A stretch of 64,000 nucleotides of DNA from Barthelona sp. PCE (lineage: Eukaryota): the NCBI GenBank assembly GCA_040285745.1, contig JAUFOR010000004.1, positions 1,178,001-1,242,000 of the forward strand. The letters run 5' to 3'. Below the pieces are notes generated by a model, which did no database searches, was not told the origin of the DNA, and was given only the letters and a program-made list of their open reading frames with translations. Positions 50,901-59,171 of the stretch are shown here, one piece after another. The translations under genes were made by a program, and so were the position numbers. The number at the start of each line of letters is the position of its first letter. The stretch's first letter is position 1.

Positions 50901-53900
50901 TACGATGGAGCCCAAGCTGACTGAGAATGATCTTACATTGTTTGCGTTAATGATTAAGGACGTCTTCCCTACGCTTCAGAAGCCAAAAGAACTTGATGTA
51001 TCTGTTATTTTACGTAAGATTCTGAAGAATCATGCGTTCTCTCACTTAGATCTTGAATATTCAGAAAAGCAGTCCTCAAAAGTCTTGCAATTGTGGAATG
51101 GTATGTCCCAGCGTCTTGGTGTTGGTGTTGTCGGCCCCCCTCTCTCCGGCAAGACCACAGTCATCCATCTGTTGGTGTGCTGTCTGAAGTTTGCGGGCAT
51201 CAACGTCTCGTATGAGGCTCTTTCACCAAAGTCAATGTCGAAAGCTAAGTTACTGGGCAATATGAACCTCGACACGCGTGAGTGGACCGATGGTGTTTTG
51301 ACAAGTGCAGCCAGAAAGGCCAGGAAAGTCTGCGATGAGCACTCATCAATGCTCAACGCCCTGCAGACTTTACAGTCCTTGGATATGGCTGACCTCGACC
51401 GCATGCTCGCCCTCCCTGCTGATGAACGCATCTCACTACCAACCCGAGGTCACATTTCCATTGTTGTCTGCGATGGCGGTGTTGATCCAGAGTGGATTGA
51501 GAATTTGAACTCTGTACTCGATGACAACGCTTTGCTTACACTCCCAAGTGGTGAGCGTATTAAGTTTGACCGCCGCACAAACATGTTGTTTGAAACTGTT
51601 AATCTACAACATGCCTCACCTGCAACTGTATCACGTATGGGTATGGTTTTCCTTAGTGCTAGTGATGTCAACATACATGCAATGGTTAAGAAGATCTCTG
51701 ACAATTTCAATATTCCTGAAGGTGCTGTTGAAAAGTTTGTTCAATTAGTTCCGTTCTTTACCACTTATTTAGAAGAGTACCCTGATTCTTTCGTCCTTCC
51801 TGCGTCAGTCGGTGGTATGATCCGTGCATGTATTCCCTTTCTCACCAATGATTCTGCTGAAGAGGTACTCATTGCTGTCCTCGTTGGTATCGGAATGATG
51901 CTCTCGCCCAACACACGCTCTGAATTTGGTATGATGCTCTCAAAACATTTGGGCGTCTCCTTCAGTTATCCCAGACCACTTCTTCCCTTGGATGCTGCAT
52001 ATTATGACGGTCGTTTCGTACCCGCATCTAATATTATTAGAGACACGGTACCGGATACAAGCAGTGGCATTGTGCGCACTGACAGATTTTCGACCTATCA
52101 ATCACATCTGAGCTCGATCCTGAAGAAACCCGTTGACGGGCCCAGTGCTTGTATTCTTGTTAGTGCACCTGCTTGCGGAAAGAGAACTCTTCTGTCTGAG
52201 GTACTTCTCAACATTAAGAGCGACGGTATTAACGTGCAGATGGCTGAAGTCAATTGTACTGAATTCACAGAGTCATCACAGATTATCAAGATCGTACGTA
52301 ATGAGTGTGAAGAATTTGTTGTCAACCGCATCAATAATCTCCGTCCTAAACGTAACCAGACGTTGTATGTTGTCTTGAAGAACTTCTTTGATCTCAAGTT
52401 TGATGTGTATGGCAATTCGGAGGTTAACGAATTTATGTTCTCTCTGCTCAATCTTGGTGGTTTCTATGATTTAGATACTAAAGAGTTCTTTAAATTGCAT
52501 AATGTGAGATTTATTCTTATGAGTGATATCTCTTCAAAGGCAACGGGTGGGGAATCCAAACTCATTTCTGAGCGCCTTGCAAATATGATCAACGTACTAT
52601 TCATAGATACGACAGAGACTGATGAACTGCGTTTGCTTGCGCATCAGTGTCTAAAGAAGGCAATCCCTGATTTACCAGAGACATTGGTTAACAACACCCT
52701 TGATGTATCTATTGAGATTTACAAACTTGCACGTAAGGAGTTTATCGGGAACGATATCATCGACGTTGTACCAGGCCTTCTGTTGGATATTATTCGTTCA
52801 TTGGCAAAGTATTATCTGAAGCCCACATCTTATATGGTTGATAAAATCACGTTAACAAAGCAGAAGAAGGATGTATCCCAGGCAATCCGCGACGCCATGG
52901 CTCTGCGTACCGCTGACATGCTCAGCAACGCGCTTTTATATGAATTTGCTTTGCGTTTTTACCATCCCAATACTGCTTCGAATAAGGAAAGATTTATTGA
53001 ACGCATTCGTACTGTTATGAAACAACACAACTTCACCGTCTCTAAGGTCAGTCAGTTAGTTTTTGTTGATCTTCATAGCAGTCAACAGATTGATATTAGC
53101 CAATTTGAAATCACTGATTTCCACCTTAACGATACCGAGATTCAACAGGATCACCTCGTACAGATCACAATGAACAACTTCAAGTTCATGATTCAAAGTA
53201 TCATCAAGGCTTATTACAACGAAGTTTCTGAGTCAAAAATTTTCATTACACCTGAACTTCTTCTTTTAATTTCTCGCTGTTTGTATCATCTAAACGATGA
53301 CAAGGTCACGCTTTCACTGTTGGGCCCTGCATCCATTGGTCGTTCTACTGCAATGAAGCTTGCTGCTTTTGCAAAGAGCGCAACCTATCAACGTGTTACT
53401 TACACACGTGAAATTAGCTCAAAGGGCATCCTGACCGAGATCAAGAACCTCATCAACAGCCTTTACCTTACGCGCTTGGTTGATGGAGACCTCCAAAAAT
53501 TGGTCCTTGCTTTTGACGAAGTCCACCTAACTACAGACAGTATCCAGTTAATCCAGGCGCTTGTAAGTGGGTCTATAATCGACACACTGTATCCAGGCGA
53601 CGAGTTTGGTGCTATATTCACACCCATCCGCGAAGCATTTGTTAACCGTTTCTGTGAGGGTGAAACCAATGATCGTATCATAAATGCTACTTTTGCTAAT
53701 TTCCTCATGTCTCGTATCACATTTGCTTTCTTCCTAGACCATAACGACCGTCTGTTCAACGGATATATTTCCAGACGTGTTCTGGTGCAAAACAGTTTCC
53801 TTGTTTCATCATGGTCTCCCAAGAGTGTCATGCTTGTTGCTCGTAACAAACTGTTTAATGAGCTCGAAAAAGAGTTGGAGAAGGTTGGCTCAAGCGTAAA

Positions 53901-56900
53901 ACATCTGATGCCTGCAGCCAACTCCAATGACGCTCAAACAAAGATTCTTAACCTGTTTAGCTATATCACCCACCATAGTAACATAGATGCCATCAACTCC
54001 GAGTCAGAAGACCCTATCGAGTTCGACCCATCACATGTAACTCCAGCTCTTATCTTGGAGACCCTTGAAAAAATCAAAGACGTTGTGCTTGGTGTATATA
54101 CAGAGACATCTCTGCGAATCAATCGTCTTGAGGGTGGTGTGAGCAAGCTTGAGGAGACCAGTGCAGACGTAAACAGAATGCAGTTGGAGGCAGAACATCA
54201 ACAGATTGAACTCACAAGCAAACAAAAAGCTGCTGATGAGGCTCTTGTTAATATTGAAAAATCAATGATCATTGCATCACAGGAGAAACAGAAGGCGCAA
54301 GAGCTCAAGGAATACCTTAGTGTTGAGGAACAGAAGATTGCCATTGAAAAAGCTGATGCTGATGTCCAACTTGAAGAGATCACTCCAATGATCGAAGAGG
54401 CCAAGAGCCAGGTTTCAAATATTCGTAAGGATCACCTTGCGGAGATCAGAGGATTCCGTAAGCCACCAGATGCTATTGTAGATGTTCTCAGTGGTGTCAT
54501 GCTCTTATTGGGATATGAGGATCTTAGTTGGCAGGCAATGAAGGGTATTCTTAACCCTGGTATCAAAGACAGAATCTGTAACTATGATTCAAACACAATC
54601 ACAGATTCAATGAGGGTCAAGGTCGAGCGTCTTCTTCACAAAAAGGCTTATAGTTTCGATGCCGATGCTATATTCCGTGTATCACAGGCCGCAGCTCCTC
54701 TCGCAGCTTGGGTAAAGGCAAATCTGGCCTTCTCACGAGTCCTCAGAGAAGTTGCGCCACTTCAGGAACGCTGCGCTGAACTCAATCGTAAACTCGATGG
54801 AAGTCGCACGCAGCTGCGCCAATGTCAGGAGAAGATGCATGAAGCTGACGAGACAGTCGCCCGCTTGAAGCTGGAGTTTGCCTCAAAGACAAGCGAAGCT
54901 GAGCGTCTTCGAGTCTCTCTTGAAAAGACCGAACGCGTCCTCGCCAAGGCGACGGACTTGTTAAACAAGCTGAGCGGTGAACGCACACGTTGGACAGAGC
55001 AGTTTTCAGTTCTCAAGGAGGGTCGCTCCTCTTTGCTTGTCAATGCTGTTCTTTCAGGTGCATCGATGTTACTGCTGACAAGATACGCACCCAAGACCAG
55101 AGAGCTATTCCATAAAAGCTGGGCTTTAGCAGCTGGCTCTCCATTCCCAGACACCGCTGGTTTTGTTGCCTCAGAGAACCGTGTTCTCTCACTCAGTCTG
55201 CTGGGTCTCCCCACAGACAGCCTCAGTGTTGTTAACTACCTCAGTATGGAGCAATCCGATAACGTTCTTGTAATAGATCCAATCGGCCGCATCTACGACT
55301 TCCTCGCTGCCAAATTCGACGACGAAGGTGTTGTATATGAGGTTGTATCGGAAGAAACAGCCAATCTCCAGTCAAAATTGGAACTGGCAATGCGTTTTGG
55401 AAAGACGCTGGTTGTTCGTGGGGTTAACTGTGTTAGCTCTCTCTTTTACAACATATTGAGGAGAGACCTGACACTGATCTCGAACCGAAACAGATGTATG
55501 GTTGGTGATAAGCACGTTGACGTCAGCGATACGTTCCGCCTTATCTTGATTGCAAACGACAAAAGAATTCTTGATCGTATTCCGTACGGTGTTTCAACAA
55601 GAGTCCATGTTGTCAACTTTGAAATTACATTCAGTAACTTATTCGATCAATTCCTTGAAAGAACCATTGAGAATGAGTTACCACAGTTGAAGGAGAAGCG
55701 TGTTGATCTGTTACAGCGTGAAGAGGGGCTCAAGAAGAGTATGGAGAGCCTTGAGGTGCAATTACTAACCGAGTTGCAGAACTCTACAGGAAATCTTCTT
55801 GAAAATGAATCGCTTATTTCCACTCTCAATTCACTGCAACAGAAGGTCGCTGAGATCGAGGTGGCGCTGGAGGAATGTAGTGCGATTGGTGAAGATATCA
55901 CAAATCAAAAACAAGCATTCACCGATTTTGCCAGTATTGCTTGCACTCTATACTTTGTCATTCGAGGTGTTGCCCAACTCGACCACTGCTACCAAATATC
56001 ACTCAGTTCATACTTTACGTTGTTCATCAAGATTATAACAAGAACAAAGAGTGATATTACAAGCGATATTCAGCTTCAAACCCGACTTCAGCATCTAACT
56101 GGAGATCTTGTTAACACCGTATACGACTTTGTGACACAAATGTTGTTCAAACAGCACCGCACAGCGTTTGCTCTTAATCTTTTGATCACCCTTAGAGATG
56201 AAGAATTTGAAACCGGACACGTTAAGTTCCTAACAAACAGCTATATCCCCGTCGCCCCGCACAACAACGCATTGCTGAGGGATGAGCAGAACCAGAACTT
56301 GAATGATTTGATAGCGTGTGTCCCCGAACTTGTTGGCATTCGTAACTTCTTCGACACAACAACGGCAGAGGTGTCACAGTTGCTACAGAGTAACTCCCCA
56401 TTGGATGAGATGAAGCGCAAGAGCGGAATCAAGCTGACTTTGGGTGACATCTTCTGCATTTCAAAGGCAATCTTCCCTGATCAGTTCTTCGGTTTAATAC
56501 ACAGTAGTATTTGTTCATCATACTCACGTTCCTCCATTCAGCCCAGCAGCGTCACCGTTGACAAGTTGTTTGGTAGCGTGGACTGTGACACACCGTTGTT
56601 ATATCTATTCCATGCCGGTAACAACCCTTCAACCGAAATCCTCTCTAACGTTGAAGCACTTTGCAACATCAAGGGGGTATCCTACGACGACTACGTAGTC
56701 GATGTATCTATGGGTCAGGGCCAGGAGGTGGTTGCTATCCGTGGTCTGAAAGAAAAATTCCAGAAGGGTGGTATTGTTGTTATCAAGAATATACATCTTG
56801 TTGCTCGTTGGATATCCGAATTAGAGGTGTTCCTCAGACAACATACGTCCAAGCACCAAGACTTCCGACTCATTATCACTAGTGAAGCACGCGACACTCT

Positions 56901-58374
56901 TCCAACTTCTCTGCTAACGAGTTGCAACAAGTTATCTTATGAGTCCCCGCCCGGTGTCCGCAATTCACTGGTAAGACTGTACGAAACCTACTTTACTGGA
57001 CAAATGCTCCAGGCTGCAGGCCCAGAGGTTTCACGTATCTTCTTCATGGCTGCAACACTCCACTCCATCCTGCTTGAGAGAAGAACATATAATCCGCAGG
57101 GCTGGACAAAGACATATGACTTCAACCTTAGCAACCTGCAGAGTGTTGTATCTCTTATTGCCCATTACACTTGTCCCCTGCTGAAGAATCCCGCATTCTT
57201 CGGTGAAGAGCAGGTGAAACATACTGGTATGTTCACAGTACCGTGGGAGGTGCTACGCGGCCTGTTCATCGAAACAGCGTACGGTGGTAAACTTGACACG
57301 ATCATCGATGCTCAGATTTTGGCCGCCTATGTTAACTACTACATTTCGAATGATGTGTACAGTGGACGCACTAGCTTACTCATGGGTTCAAACAAAACCA
57401 ACTTCCCGAAGTCAACAAACATTGCAGAATACAAGCAGGCGATCGTAGGTATGTTCAATCCTTCTGATGATCCTTCTGTTTTCATGCTCCCGCTCAACAT
57501 ATCTTCTTTTGTCATGAGATCGATGCTTTCACATACGGTCAAGGACCTGCGCGTGCTCCAGCAGCAAAGTGCAGAGCATAGCGATAGAGATCAATTACCA
57601 CAGCTGAAGATTTGGCAACAGCTTAAGTCGCGAATGCCGAAGCTACCTGCCCAAGGCTCGTCCGGAACGCAGTCTCCCATCAACACGCTATTGATGGCCC
57701 AATATGGCACAGCGCTTAGTCTGATGACAGTAATTGATCGTGATTTCGGAAATGTAGCCAACGCATTAACAGGTGAAGGCGTACCGACTTCAAGGACGCG
57801 CGAAATCATGATGTCTCTCAGCATAAACGAGGTACCCATGGCTTGGGAGACCGTATGGGAGTCCGTAGATGATTGTATTCTTTACATCACCCTCTTAATC
57901 GAGAAGCTCAAGCACTTGGCTGATTACGTACGTAGGATCCAAGGAGGAGAGTCTGTGCTGGACAACTTTATAGATATGTCGCATTTGCTGCAGCCATCAT
58001 CGTTCCTGCCTTCACTGCGACAGGAAGTTGCACGCACAACAAATCAAAACATCGAGGACCTGGTTCTCATGACATCGTTCACGCCCCTAACTTCTGCTGC
58101 GCACACCAAGCTGTCAGGTTTACTTTTGCAAGGTGCTCAAATAAGCGGAGATCGATTGAGCCATTGCTTAACTGAATCAGACACTGTTGTTCCTTTGGAT
58201 ACAGTGTATGTACAATGGGGAACTGAGGCCATGGTAAAGAATATGGCTACTCTGCCTGTTTACAACAACAATAATCGTGAAATGCATCTTTTTGATATTG
58301 CATTCAAATCCGATAAAGATACCAATGTGTGGCGCCTTGCAGGCGCTTGTGTACTTCTTACGGTCAAGGAATAG
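44992..58374 (+). CDS. DYNC2H1: Cytoplasmic dynein-2 heavy chain (retrograde IFT motor)
   Basis: 4460 aa single ORF. AAA1 [19 protein letters not shown]...[32 protein letters not shown] and [17 protein letters not shown] are dynein-2-type. Confidence 0.93.
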   Translation: [4460 protein letters not shown]

Positions 58375-58393
58375 GTCTAATCAATGTAAAAAA

Positions 58394-58888
58394 TTACTTC
58401 TTTTCATAGACTTGGAAGGCGTAGTTCATTGGATGATCATCATCCATTTTCCAACGCTCAGCAACAATTCTGTTGAAATAACTTCTCCAGTTAACCGGGA
58501 ACACGTGCTCTCCTTCGATGGATTGATAAATACGGGTGATATACAAACGATCACAATATGAAATTGCTTCTTCGTATACTGACTCACCTCCACATATCCA
58601 GATGCTCCTTTCTGTCTTCTTTGCGTGTGCTAAGGCAGTCAAAAACGATGAACAAGGGATACAATTTTGTTCATCATTTTCATACCCGCTCTTTGATAGA
58701 ATAAAATACAATGTTGTGTCGTCCAGCTGGCCCTCTTCCTCCATGTACTCAAAAGTGCCGCGTCCCAGAATGGCAGCGCTTCCCTTGACCTTATCAAGAA
58801 AATAATGTGTGTCTTCATCTATCATCCCCGTGCTGCATATACAGTTGTTTTCAGCGACGGCAACAATGATATTAACAGAACTCATCAT
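58394..58888 (-). CDS. DHFR: Monofunctional dihydrofolate reductase-like protein, divergent
   Basis: First ATG at 58888. Motifs: IIVAVAENNCI, EDTHYF, ILGRGTF, IWICGGESVYEE, LYITRI, EGEHVFP, YAFQVYEK. Confidence 0.8.
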   Translation of the reverse strand: MMSSVNIIVAVAENNCICSTGMIDEDTHYFLDKVKGSAAILGRGTFEYMEEEGQLDDTTLYFILSKSGYENDEQNCIPCSSFLTALAHAKKTERSIWICGGESVYEEAISYCDRLYITRIYQSIEGEHVFPVNWRSYFNRIVAERWKMDDDHPMNYAFQVYEKK

Positions 58889-59171
58889 CTGAAACTTCGT
58901 TAAAGGTTGAAAACTAAAAAACATTGCTCTTTACTATAAACGTCATTTTTTTACGCTGACTACGCGCAATATGATACTGGAATGGTGTTAGGATGATACA
59001 AAAGTCAGGTACAGAATGAGAACTAATAATTCTAGGACAGCTTAAAATTGATTTATTACTCTTCTAAAGGCTTGCTCAAGTCAAAATCTGATGCCAATGA
59101 AAGATGCTCTGAAAGCAGCGAGTGTAGCGTCATTGAAAGCACGTCCTCCGTCAACTTAACAGCTACAGAAC

